A DNA stretch of 63,516 nt, counting the filler, from Reclinomonas americana ATCC 50394 (Eukaryota): NCBI GenBank assembly GCA_048213135.1. It is 6 parts of 4 records of this genome, joined end to end, with 100 filler letters (N's around TTAATTAATTAA, not from the genome) between each part and the next. Parts side by side here need not be neighbours in the genome. Positions count along the whole stretch, not along the records: positions 18,655 to 26,229 come from PS015527.1; positions 26,330 to 29,681 come from PS015527.1; positions 29,782 to 58,023 come from PS015528.1; 3 more parts are not named here. One strand, written 5' to 3'. This document shows, one piece after another, positions 23,386 to 33,615 of the stretch; position 1 is the first letter of the stretch; the number at the start of each line of letters is the position of its first letter. Both the position numbers and the translations under genes were made by a program. Under the pieces are notes generated by a model. It did no database searches. It worked only from the letters and a program-made list of their open reading frames with translations, and was not told the DNA's origin.

Positions 23386-23955
23386 CCCCCGACCTCCACG
23401 AAACAACCAAAAACAATTTTATGATTTTATTATATTACGAAGTTTTTTATAGTGGCAAAGTTTTTAAATTTTCGTCTTACGAAAATTAAAAACTATAACC
23501 TAGCCATAAAATTAAATCATTGTTTCGGGAGAAAACGCTTCGCGACTTTTTCTCTCAAATTAAGAAATTTATACTAATACAATATTATTAGTGAAATTTA
23601 AAAATTACCATTAAACACAAAACAAATTAAAAAATCTATATACAGAAAATTAAAATATTTTTATTTATATATTTATTTATTTTTTTAATTAATATATTAT
23701 TTATATGGTATTATATATATTGGAATTTTGGAATTGGAAAATATATAAAGTATAAGAAAATAGTAAAATATATATAAAATAGAGCAAGAGTGAAAAAAGC
23801 AAGATTTCCATTTCCAAATTCCAAAGTTGTGGAAAGATGATTTTAAGGGCTAAAAAAATGAGATAGTAGAATGGCGAGGAAAAAGAATGATTGCGACGGC
23901 GAGAAAATAGAGCCACAAAAATGCAATCCTAAAATGAGATCACCTGACAATCTTT
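23386..23955. repeat. Non-coding AT-rich region with several inverted repeats (candidate terminus/origin/terminator)
   Basis: Hairpin agtttttaaattttcgt-ctt-acgaaaattaaaaact at 23459-23494; imperfect IR 23720-23740 versus 23805-23824; cgaaacaa (23399) versus ttgtttcg (23520). Confidence 0.6.
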
Positions 23956-23956
23956 T

Positions 23957-24577
23957 TTATGGTGCATCGCTATTAGTGTCAGTATTATAAAATGAACTTC
24001 TTGGAGTTTTATTAACATCATACTCTGTTGTAAAGAATATGATAATATGTTGTGTCATACCGCAAACATGTTGTAGTATCTTGTCAACAATTTCTATGTC
24101 ATTAATAGTTTTCAATTTAGCTTTAACTACTACTTTATCTTTGTTAAGTTCAAGATCAAAGTATTTCTTAAACTTCCCCAACTTTTTATTTAGTTCTTTT
24201 TCTGTATATTCACGTTCAAGAATCTCATGTATTAATTCTTCAATAGTATATTTAGTATGTGATATGATAGAGTCTTTTGCCTCTTGTTTAGTTGTATAAA
24301 TGCCTTGTATTTTCATCTCAGTGTATCCATCATCAGAATCACGACAAATATATTCTGTTTTTCTTTCAACTATAAAAACTGTTTGTTGAGTATCACTATC
24401 AGAGTCACATCTATCACAATCATTATCGTTCAAAAGACATTCATCTTCTTCATCATACAATACATTATTTGCATCAAGACATTCAACGCAATATGTTGCA
24501 TCACATCTTTTACATCTTATAAATGTACCACACCCAACATGATCACAATTGAAACACTTATTAAAATCTGGACTCAT
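23957..24577 (-). CDS. Viral protein with N-terminal Cys-rich zinc finger (206 aa)
   Basis: CFNC...C....CKRC....CVEC followed by acidic linker. Confidence 0.7.
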   Translation of the reverse strand: MSPDFNKCFNCDHVGCGTFIRCKRCDATYCVECLDANNVLYDEEDECLLNDNDCDRCDSDSDTQQTVFIVERKTEYICRDSDDGYTEMKIQGIYTTKQEAKDSIISHTKYTIEELIHEILEREYTEKELNKKLGKFKKYFDLELNKDKVVVKAKLKTINDIEIVDKILQHVCGMTQHIIIFFTTEYDVNKTPRSSFYNTDTNSDAP

Positions 24578-24625
24578 TATTATACAATGGAGCTATATAA
24601 TAATGTCAATTTACAAACTCATTCA

Positions 24626-25623
24626 TTAATATGGTGTTGTAAACCAATGAACAAGATTATGTGATAAATTGTCTTTTAACCTATCGGATATTAAATCAAA
24701 TTTACNNNNNNNNNNNNNNNNNNNNNNNNNNNNNNNNNNNNNNNNNNNNNNNNNNNNNNNNNNNNNNNNNNNNNNNNNNNNNNNNNNNNNNNNNNNNNNN
24801 NNNNNNNNNNNNNNNNNNNNNNNNNNNNNNNNNNNNNNNNNNNNNNNNNNNNNNNNNNNNNNNNNNNNNNNNNNNNNNNNNNNNNNNNNNNNNNNNNNNN
24901 NNNNNNNNNNNNNNNNNNNNNNNNNNNNNNNNNNNNNNNNNNNNNNNNNNNNNNNNNNNNNNNNNNNNNNNNNNNNNNNNNNNNNNNNNNNNNNNNNNNN
25001 NNNNNNNNNNNNNNNNNNNNNNNNNNNNNNNNNNNNNNNNNNNNNNNNNNNNNNNNNNNNNNNNNNNNNNNNNNNNNNNNNNNNNNNNNNNNNNNNNNNN
25101 NNNNNNNNNNNNNNNNNNNNNNNNNNNNNNNNNNNNNNNNNNNNNNNNNNNNNNNNNNNNNNNNNNNNNNNNNNNNNNNNNNNNNNNNNNNNNNNNNNNN
25201 NNNNNNNNNNNNNNNNNNNNNNNNNNNNNNNNNNNNNNNNNNNNNNNNNNNNNNNNNNNNNNNNNNNNNNNNNNNNNNNNNNNNNNNNNNNNNNNNNNNN
25301 NNNNNNNNNNNNNNNNNNNNNNNNNNNNNNNNNNAATTAGATAAGAAAATTTGTTTTTCGTGGTTCTCATCTAATAGTTTAGGATCCAAACAGCTCACAG
25401 GATACTGGTATAGTATCGGTAGAACACTATCAAAGTTAATACTATATCTTATAGCTGGATCTAACAATTTAGGATAACTTGCCACCATTTCATCACTAAA
25501 TGCATAGGTTTTGTCTCCTATTTTAACTTCATGTACATTTGATGATTTAGTTTCTACATGTGCGATAACATCTTCTTTTTGTAGTACATTTAATCGTACT
25601 CCTCCTATGGTCGTAACACTCAT
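24626..25623 (-). CDS. Viral hypothetical protein spanning a gap
   Basis: MSVTTIGGVRLNV...IFLSN before the gap; KFDLISDRLKDNLSHNLVHWFTTPY* after it (joining is assumed). Confidence 0.5.
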
Positions 25624-25658
25624 TGTATATACAATTATACAATAAATTAAATTTTAAC

Positions 25659-25913
25659 TCACCATAAATAATGATATGCGAAATAGCCTGCCGGTGTATC
25701 ATCTAAGTTTTTATTTTTCGCATGTCTCAATCTATATAATCTTCTTCTTTCTTCATCATTGTGATCTTTATGTTTCCATAAACCGATGCGATCTTTATAA
25801 TGTTCGTAAATAGACGATCCAAATGATGTTATGAATTTATCATTTTTATAAACATCATATTTCTTCTTTTTGTTTTTGCTTTTCTCAAATCTATATCCAT
25901 CTAATAGCACCAT
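25659..25913 (-). CDS. Tlr6F-like conserved small protein of PLVs, virophages and NCLDVs
   Basis: KKKYDV....SFG...YEHYKD....HKDHNDEERRRLYRLRH.....AGYFAYHYLW. Confidence 0.8.
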   Translation of the reverse strand: MVLLDGYRFEKSKNKKKKYDVYKNDKFITSFGSSIYEHYKDRIGLWKHKDHNDEERRRLYRLRHAKNKNLDDTPAGYFAYHYLW

Positions 25914-25933
25914 TTATATATTATCATTATAAA

Positions 25934-26229
25934 TTAAATCACATTATTCCAAATGTAAAACGTGGCTCCAAAATATGGAAAATCTGTGAGTGTTCCGTTG
26001 CTATTACTATATAAATCAATCCTGTAATCTACACCTGTATATACCATATTGAATGTTACATTGCTAAAACTTGATCCATTTGTGAAATCACATGTTACTT
26101 TACCGTACATATTTGATGCTGTGGGTAACAAAGAACCGGAACCATCAACGCAAATATGAAAACCCGTAGCATATCTATAACAACCTATTTGTGTGCTTGA
26201 AGGTGTTGATGTGTTAGCAAATGTTAAAG
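25934..26229 (-). CDS. C-terminal beta-rich fragment of a viral gene (5' truncated at contig end)
   Basis: Frame is open to the contig end: LTFANTSTPSSTQIGCYRYATGFHICVDGSGSLLPTASN...GATFYIWNNVI*. Confidence 0.6.
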
Positions 26230-26329
26230 NNNNNNNNNNNNNNNNNNNNNNNNNNNNNNNNNNNNNNNNNNNNTTAATTAATTAANNNNNNNNNNNNNNN
26301 NNNNNNNNNNNNNNNNNNNNNNNNNNNNN

Positions 26330-26459
26330 CTAATGTTTTAATACTTTGCATTGCATATACGCGGTGAACTATTCTCATTGTACATTTATCATGTAAGCAA
26401 CAGATATATTGATCAAGAGGATATTTAATCTTTTCTTTACAAAATTTACAAAACAACAT
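26330..26459 (-). CDS. Small Cys/His-rich viral ORF, 3' truncated
   Basis: MLFCKFC...CCLHDKC. Confidence 0.45.
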
Positions 26460-26503
26460 TATTATTATATCCTAAACCGACATAATAATATGATAAATTA
26501 AAC

Positions 26504-26992
26504 TTAATCTAAGAAGGTAAACTTAGCTTTAATCATCTTTTCCATGGCATTATTAATCTTTGGGAATGCTATAATACCGTCTTTATCTTTGTATTGTAAT
26601 TTGCATCTATCTAAAAGACTAGCAATTATAATACCAAATGCATTGTCATATATATGCGTATACATTCTATGCGGTGCATGCCAAAAGTCAAATGATGCTT
26701 GCGTGAACTGGTCATACATGTCTACATCGTCTTTGAGTATTATGTTATATACTTCCTGCTCACGATGTATTAGAATCATATATAATGCTTCCATTTCGCT
26801 AAGATCCCAATTCTTCACATATTTTCTAACTTTCTTTTTGAGCTTCTTCTTCAGTTGCTCATAAGTCTTCATCATGGGGTTGAGGAGAATATCGGTATCA
26901 TTAATTATACCATCAGTTAAAATGAAGTCATCTAAAAATAAACCACCTGAAATATTAACATACTCAATCGCTTTAAAAAATTTAGTCAGCAT
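26504..26992 (-). CDS. Viral hypothetical protein (162 aa)
   Basis: Clean ORF preceded by the TTAAAGAA motif. Confidence 0.7.
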   Translation of the reverse strand: MLTKFFKAIEYVNISGGLFLDDFILTDGIINDTDILLNPMMKTYEQLKKKLKKKVRKYVKNWDLSEMEALYMILIHREQEVYNIILKDDVDMYDQFTQASFDFWHAPHRMYTHIYDNAFGIIIASLLDRCKLQYKDKDGIIAFPKINNAMEKMIKAKFTFLD

Positions 26993-27041
26993 TTTTATTT
27001 ATAATATTATATATCATTATTTCTTTAAGCCCTTTTTATAG

Positions 27042-27137
27042 AAATCTATATATAGAGAAAAATAAAATCTATATATTTAAAAAATAAAATCTATATATAA
27101 AAAATAAATTCTATATATATTTAGAAAATCTATATAT
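27042..27137. repeat. Five spaced copies of AA(A/T)TCTATATAT
   Basis: gaaatctatatat..aaaatctatatat..aaaatctatatat..aaattctatatat..aaaatctatatat at roughly 20-24 nt spacing. Confidence 0.85.
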
Positions 27138-27145
27138 TCAAAAAA

Positions 27146-28423
27146 TTATTTATATAGTTTCTTGGCTAATCTTTTTTGTTCTTTGATATCCTTAAACAAA
27201 TCTACTTCTTGATCATCCGCAAACTTGAAATTAATGACATTCTTAATATCGCATTCACAACCTCCCTCATATTGTAAGTCGCCTAATTCACATCCTGTTT
27301 TGGTGTTTGCCGAAATTGGAGCACTTAAAATAATACCATCAGTATGAGCCCATAAAACATTATTTATGTTCTTTTCAATGATTTTAGATAACATATATCT
27401 AGACTTGGCCATAATAAACGGTTTAATACGTGCAAAGTTTGTTTCATATGGTTTATTGATATCAACTACTTCTACTTTGCAATTTCCATTTTTACATGGC
27501 GTCATATGTTTTATAAACCATCGATCTTTATTTACTCGTGAATCATCTGGAGTTAATGTAAATTTTGTCGAGTTCGCCTGACATAATCCGCCCCATAGAC
27601 AATTAATATATTTCTTTATGCATTTAAATCCTAGTTGTTTAAGTTTGAATAGATTACTTATTGTCGGTCCGAATAATTTTGAACCATTAATGAACTTGTC
27701 ATATAATAATGCATTTGGTTCATCTTCGTGACTTATTAATGTTAATACATAACCTAATTCTAATGCCCTGTTTAAATCTGTGTGTGTATACCAATTGTCT
27801 TGATTTTGTATCAGTAATTTGGGGTTTGATTTGTCTATATGAACATGATATATTCCAAACTTGAAAAACTTCATCTTCTTAAATTCTTCATCCGTTATAT
27901 GTGTTAGTTTGCCTTTTGTTAGTGGAATTTGAAATTGTTGACTTTGTAAAATATATGGAAACTGTGAAATAATATCATATCTATGTCCAATGCCTTTGTA
28001 TGGTTTATCACAAAATATTAATGCACTATTTGAACACATTTCTAAAATATCATATTCATATAATTCTATTTGCTCGGGCTCTGGTGGTTTGAATCTGTTA
28101 AAATATTCTAATATTGTTACTGTTGGTCTGCCTGTTTTTAGTGTGTTGATTTCGCCTTTTGTTATCTTTTTTATTAATTTTGACTCTTTCATAAATAATT
28201 TGTATTGTTGTTTTAATGATAAACATTTCATTCTTTTTGAAACCTCATTTTTTTGAATTAATATATATGGCGATGTTTTAGGGTTGCTTCTTATATCTTT
28301 GAATTCCTCGTTTGTGAGTGAATCTTTTTTTATAGCTTTAGAGTATATGACAATCTTTTTATCATCTGTTTTTTGAAATACTATTACTTTTCTCTCATTA
28401 GGACTTATTCCGTGAACTTTCAT
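27146..28423 (-). CDS. Short, divergent family B DNA polymerase-like protein (425 aa, no recognisable exonuclease domain)
   Basis: Motif A RYDIISQFPYIL, motif B KKYINCLWGGL, motif C WAHTDGIIL, followed by ELGDLQYE. Confidence 0.78.
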   Translation of the reverse strand: MKVHGISPNERKVIVFQKTDDKKIVIYSKAIKKDSLTNEEFKDIRSNPKTSPYILIQKNEVSKRMKCLSLKQQYKLFMKESKLIKKITKGEINTLKTGRPTVTILEYFNRFKPPEPEQIELYEYDILEMCSNSALIFCDKPYKGIGHRYDIISQFPYILQSQQFQIPLTKGKLTHITDEEFKKMKFFKFGIYHVHIDKSNPKLLIQNQDNWYTHTDLNRALELGYVLTLISHEDEPNALLYDKFINGSKLFGPTISNLFKLKQLGFKCIKKYINCLWGGLCQANSTKFTLTPDDSRVNKDRWFIKHMTPCKNGNCKVEVVDINKPYETNFARIKPFIMAKSRYMLSKIIEKNINNVLWAHTDGIILSAPISANTKTGCELGDLQYEGGCECDIKNVINFKFADDQEVDLFKDIKEQKRLAKKLYK

Positions 28424-28489
28424 TTTTATATAATCTATATACTTAATATTTCTTTAAACCATTTTTAAAAAAATATTTAATTAAAAAAT

Positions 28490-28846
28490 CTATACTTTCT
28501 TTTTTTGTTTGATAAGTGAAATGTCTGCTTTCTTTGGCTTGTAATATTTCTTTTCTTGATCGTGAATAAATATTTGGAATGAATCGGGTTTATCATCTGC
28601 ATATAATTCGGGTCCATCTTTATAATCTTGTGCAAAAATATGGACTTTATCGCCAAATTTTGTGCTTACTGACGGCGTCCATATATCTTGATCTTGGAAG
28701 TGAATTGCAACACCAATGAAACCGTCTTCATCTTTCATACTATTTGATATACCTTGCACAAGTTCTCTTATCTTTTCTAAACTCATTTTTTTATTAACAA
28801 CTGCTCTTATTGTATCTGCATAATAATTCTCCCAATTTAATTTCAT
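28490..28846 (-). CDS. Viral hypothetical protein (118 aa)
   Basis: Clean ORF preceded by the TTAAAGAA motif. Confidence 0.65.
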   Translation of the reverse strand: MKLNWENYYADTIRAVVNKKMSLEKIRELVQGISNSMKDEDGFIGVAIHFQDQDIWTPSVSTKFGDKVHIFAQDYKDGPELYADDKPDSFQIFIHDQEKKYYKPKKADISLIKQKKKV

Positions 28847-28928
28847 TTATATATAATATCTATATATAAATATTTCTTTAAGACATTTTTGAAATTCTAT
28901 ATAATTAAAATATTTGTATATTTTATAG

Positions 28929-29681
28929 ATGGCATATAATCAGATTTTTAATGACATTGTCAAATTACAGAATAAGAAAAGTACAAAATCTGTAGAGAGC
29001 AGTTTATTAGATAAGTTGTATGAGAAACCCAAAAAAGATAAAGGATTAGAGGCAACGACATTTAGTCATCCAACAGCGGGATACTATCAACAGGCTGATT
29101 TATTATTTTTGCCAAATGATCAAGGTTATCAGTATTGTTTAGTTGTTGTTGATCAGGGTAATAGACATGTTGACGCGGAACCATTAAAAACAAAAAATAG
29201 CAGTGATATATTAAATGCATTCAAAGCAATCTATAAAAGAAAAATATTGACTGTTCCAAGAAGTTTAAGAACAGATTCAGGAAATGAATTTAAAAATGAC
29301 ATTGTTAAAAAAGGATTGGAGGAAATGGGAATCATATTAACATTCGCAAAAACTGGCAGACATAGACAAGTCGCACTAGCAGAAAGAAAAAATCAAACTA
29401 TTGGGACAGTCATTCATAAAATCATTGTTAATGATACTTTGGCGACTGGTCATGCATCATCGGCGTGGGTTAGTACATTGCCGTCTATTATTACAGTTAT
29501 AAATAAACATGTTGATGAAAAAGGAGAAAATAAAAAGCCAAAGAAAAAGAGTTATGCCAATCCAAAATTAAAATTATTAGAAATGGGGCAAAAAGTGAGG
29601 GTAATGTTAGATAATCCGAAAGATGTGACAGGAAATAAATTAAGTGGAAAGTTTAGATCATCCGACATACGATTTGATCCT
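28929..29681 (+). CDS. rve integrase 2, 3' truncated at contig end
   Basis: QQADLLFLP...LVVVD...DAEPLK...LRTDSGNEF...ALAERKNQTIG (D-D-E intact); GQKVRV...GKFRSSDIRF. Confidence 0.9.
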
Positions 29682-29781
29682 NNNNNNNNNNNNNNNNNNN
29701 NNNNNNNNNNNNNNNNNNNNNNNNNTTAATTAATTAANNNNNNNNNNNNNNNNNNNNNNNNNNNNNNNNNNNNNNNNNNNN

Positions 29782-32700
29782 GAATGCACTCGTTGCATGC
29801 CATGGCTGCACAACAATGTGAGCGGCGAGAGGGAGCATGGTGTGACGAGATGACAACAAACCCTTCTTGCCCTCGAATGGCGGATTGTTGAAGCACGCCG
29901 GGCAAAACGGAAACGACTTGCTTTGAGGGCCGCCACTGACCATCAGCAGCTGGAAACCGTCCAGCGGGCAAGTGTTGTCCTCAAACAGCTGTGCACGCGC
30001 TACCAGTTAGTTCATGCCTGCGCTCTGTGAGAACAGCGTATGCGAGACGAAACCTTGATGACACCCATGATGGGCAGCGCGTACAGATCGTCGCACTCGG
30101 GGCAATGCAGTCGTGGAGGCTTGCTGGCAATGTACTTCATGTACCGACGGCACTTGCCGCAACGCGAGAACGGTCGGCCAGACTCGGCAATGGTGGAGAA
30201 TACGCTCTCGAACAGCTCGTCCATGCGCGAAATGTTGGCCACAAAGTAGGCGAACTTGCCGGCAAAGGTCTGCAACGCGACACAATACGCGCTGAGTGAA
30301 GGGGAAGTGCCAGTGGAGGCAGTGGCAGGGGTGCGCAACCTCCAGTGCATGCTCCACCACCACCTCAAACGACGCCTCTCCCGAGGCGATGAGATCGATG
30401 GTCTGCTCAATGTGCGTGCGAACCTGTGGAAGTGATGAGCATGTACTGACAGACAATCGTGAAACGCGCACGGCCAGTTGACCGACCTTGGGAAGCACGA
30501 GATCCGGATCAATCTGCGTGTGCAAAGACGTCAAAGGTGAACAGAGATGTCAGGGGCACGGACACATGGAGGGGAGATATGCGAAACTCGATAGTAGCCG
30601 TGCGAGAGCAGAATGCCCAACTTGGTCGGCATCAGCATGCGGGTGCTCTCGTCCACCGTCACGTAATTGCGCTTGCAAATCTACTCCCACGCGGCAATGA
30701 GAAAAGCACAAAGCACACAGAGCATGCGACGACAACGCAACATTCTCAATGTGGGTCGGAATCGAGGCATCGGTCTAGTCATCGTGGTCGCGCCATCAGA
30801 AACGATACTTATCGAATGCACGAACACGCAGACTGCGCGCACGCAACTCCAATGCCGTGCTTCTCCATCAGGCTGATAAGCTCGGACTCGGTAAGGTTCT
30901 CCGGCGGTCCAGTCTGCCACAACAGCACCGAATGAGCACTCGCACAGTGCAGCTCCGCGTGCACGCGTCCATACCTCGCCCTCGCGCAGCAGGACCTCAT
31001 GGCACGGCACCATCTCGTTCACCTCAAACGCCGGCACCGTCTGCTCCTCCACATTGGTCCACGGCAGCACGGCCACGAAACCCGGATCGTGCACGATCTT
31101 GCCGCTGCAATAATCTTTTCAGAGTGGTACCGTGAAGGAAGCAGAGGAGACGACGTCCGCACCTGAGAAGAAATGTCTCATCACCGAGCTCAAAGTTGAC
31201 CTTGGTCTTGGTGTATCGGCCTGCATGCGACTCTGGCCTCAGCCTTTATCCACGCACATATGCACGAAGAGACGGATGAAGCAATGCGCACGCAACAGTC
31301 GCCGGAGAAGGAGGCGATAAAGTGCCTCGTGATGCAATCGTACAGGCGGGCGGAATCGCCCTGTGCGCATGAGTGAGAAGCATGCCAGAGAAACATTCTG
31401 CGAGAGCACCCCTCACCTGCACAGAGTCATCGATTGGTCTCATGGGCGTGATTGGCGGGTGGTCGCCCTTGTCCTCGCCGGAGCGCGGTCGTTCAATGCC
31501 CCCCTGCATCACACCACGCTGTCAGTGCCTGCCAACCACACAGACCTCCGTGGAAAGACGCACCCGCAACAGTGACGCCACAAAGTCGCCCCAGATTGGA
31601 TGATCGCGCTGCAGACGCAGCGTGCCAGCCACATCGAAATGGTCCGGATAGTGTGTGCTCTCCGTGCGCGGATACGAGATGTAGCCCGAAATATACAGAC
31701 GCTCGGCCAACTGCCATCAAAAAGAGCACGTCATGAGTCCCTCAGACATCGAGAGAGTAGCATGCACAGGGAGGGAGCTCACTTGCATCGCGTGATGTGG
31801 ACCCATGCGCAAAAACGACGACGCCATGCGCAGCATTTCGACCGTGTTCAGCCCGGCGGGGCGCGGTCGCTTGCCATCCTTTTTCGTCACCGTCAGCACC
31901 TGCATCACGACAAAATAATCAGCATGCACTGGCGCGACACGGGAGCGCCACGTAGAAATGGGGAAAGACCTTGGCAGCGCGCGCCTCCGACACAATGTGC
32001 TGGAAGGTGGCACCGATCTTGCGATCAAACACGCGACCGCGGCTCCACTCCGGCAACACCTCCTGTCCATTCTTCTTCAGCACGGGAACCACCGTCCAGT
32101 GACTCTCTGTGTGCACCAGCATTGCATGAGCGTCGTCGAGACGGGATGAGATGGAAGATGGCACGCAACCTGGAGTGAACTGCTGAATCTGGTCGTGCCG
32201 CTCGACGCAAAAGCCGAGTGTCGGCGTCTGGCACGGCCCGTACGACAGGACCAGCGAATTCAAGTTGGCGTACTTGCCTGCCAGCAGGAATGAGTTGGAG
32301 ACACGTCGTCGCACGGCTGCACTCGCGCGCACGCACAGCTCACCGTGGAAGAAGCGCGTCTGGAAGCGAGAAAACGCAACGCCGACCTTCAGATCGATCT
32401 CCTGTCGTGCATCCACCGCCAGCGCCTCATTGTGATTCGGCTGCACGAGGTTCGCCATGGCACGGCGGATATCAGGCGCAGAGATGGCCGAGAAGCGCGC
32501 ACGAAACACGCGCTGTTTGGAGCCTCCCGCGTTCATCTTGCGCAACGCGTTCTCCATGACCTCGAAGCAAATATTCTCGCCTTCGCGATCGCAGTCGAGC
32601 CACAGAACAAGGTAATCGCAGCCCTTGGCCTCCTTGCTGAGATGCTTTGGCATGTGCAGCGACGGCGTCGACTCCTCCTTTTGCACGGGTGCCGAGAACA

Positions 32701-33145
32701 AGTCCAGAGGATCCACTCGATCCCATGCCTTTCGTTGTCACCACCAAATGAGCGCAACTATAAACGCGCGCAGAGAGGAGTCACTGCAACCTGATACGCA
32801 GGCGGGAAGTCGGTCTTGTACACGTGACCGCAGACACACGTCATGCGAAACATGACTCTCTCGCCACGCAATTCTCCCGGGAACTCAAACACAGGCGCAG
32901 AAGGCGACACGCCCGATCGACGATGAAACTACGCAGTCTCCCACTTGCTCAGCAACCACACACGAGGAGTGAGACGGGGGAGAGGAGAGCACGCGCGTAA
33001 CTTGTCCCTCACTCAAGATGCGTGCAATGCTCTGCAACAGGCACGAGTGAGCAACACAAGAGAGAGAAGAGAAGATGTGCACACTCTCAAGAACCTCGGC
33101 AATCGATGGCTTCTCTGCCACCATCAGCACCAGCGGGCGCGACAT
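29782..33145 (-). CDS. TOP3B: DNA topoisomerase III beta (many introns; 3' end truncated)
   Basis: VLMVAEKPSIA, LVLWLDCDREGENICFEV, VDARQEIDLKVGVAFSRFQT, SYGPCQTPTLGF, AERLYISGYISYPRTES, DHPPITP, LMEKHGIGTDAS, RCGKCRRYMKY, FCPACFNNPPF. Confidence 0.95.
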
Positions 33146-33339
33146 TATGCCCAAAGTGACTTCTGACTTCAATTGGTGGGCTCGCGCACGCACCCCCCGC
33201 CTCAACTCTGTCCACTCTCTCGTCGCAGCTGTGAGGCACGACAGCACACACGCACGCACACAGGAGACACAGTGTGCAAGTGTGTGCGCAACAGAAGAGC
33301 AGCAGAGAGAGAGTGTGAGTGAGAGAGTGTGTGAGAAAG

Positions 33340-33554
33340 ATGAAGTTCCGCGCGCGCGGATGTTTCTGGTGCGGCTTCACGCTGACACTGAGCGGCATGC
33401 TGCTGTTTGCCTTGGGCTTTGTGTCGTACTACTGGCTCTTTCCGGTGCTTATCACAGCGGGTGTCGAGGAGAATGTGTTGGTGGTGCCGGGCACTGATGG
33501 ATATCAGTCGTGGTGAGTGAGCGATGTGTGCAAAAGAGAGAGTCACAGTTGGGA

Positions 33555-33615
<61 letters not shown>

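Larger units (their letters stand above)
16116..29681. mobile_element. Endogenous Polinton-like virus / virophage-related element (three contigs; termini not resolved)
   Basis: Abrupt switch to AT-rich, gene-dense, intron-less DNA carrying MCP, penton, packaging ATPase, PLA2, Tlr6F, PolB-like, SF1 helicase tail, GIY-YIG and two rve integrases. Confidence 0.88.

Noticed and set aside
27042..27137. Possible CRISPR-like array
   Set aside because: Repeats are only ~12 nt with ~10 nt A-rich spacers; no unique spacers or cas genes
27042..28900. TCTA core as a mavirus/CroV-type late promoter
   Set aside because: The boxes mostly read TAGA on the coding strand of the adjacent genes, so orientation does not fit; insufficient to claim
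16116..29681. Classification as a canonical virophage or canonical Polinton, or as bacterial/phage contamination
   Set aside because: No cysteine protease or full-length pPolB is visible; gene set (penton, A32 ATPase, Tlr6F, rve integrase) and AT-rich leaders without Shine-Dalgarno sites argue against a bacterial source
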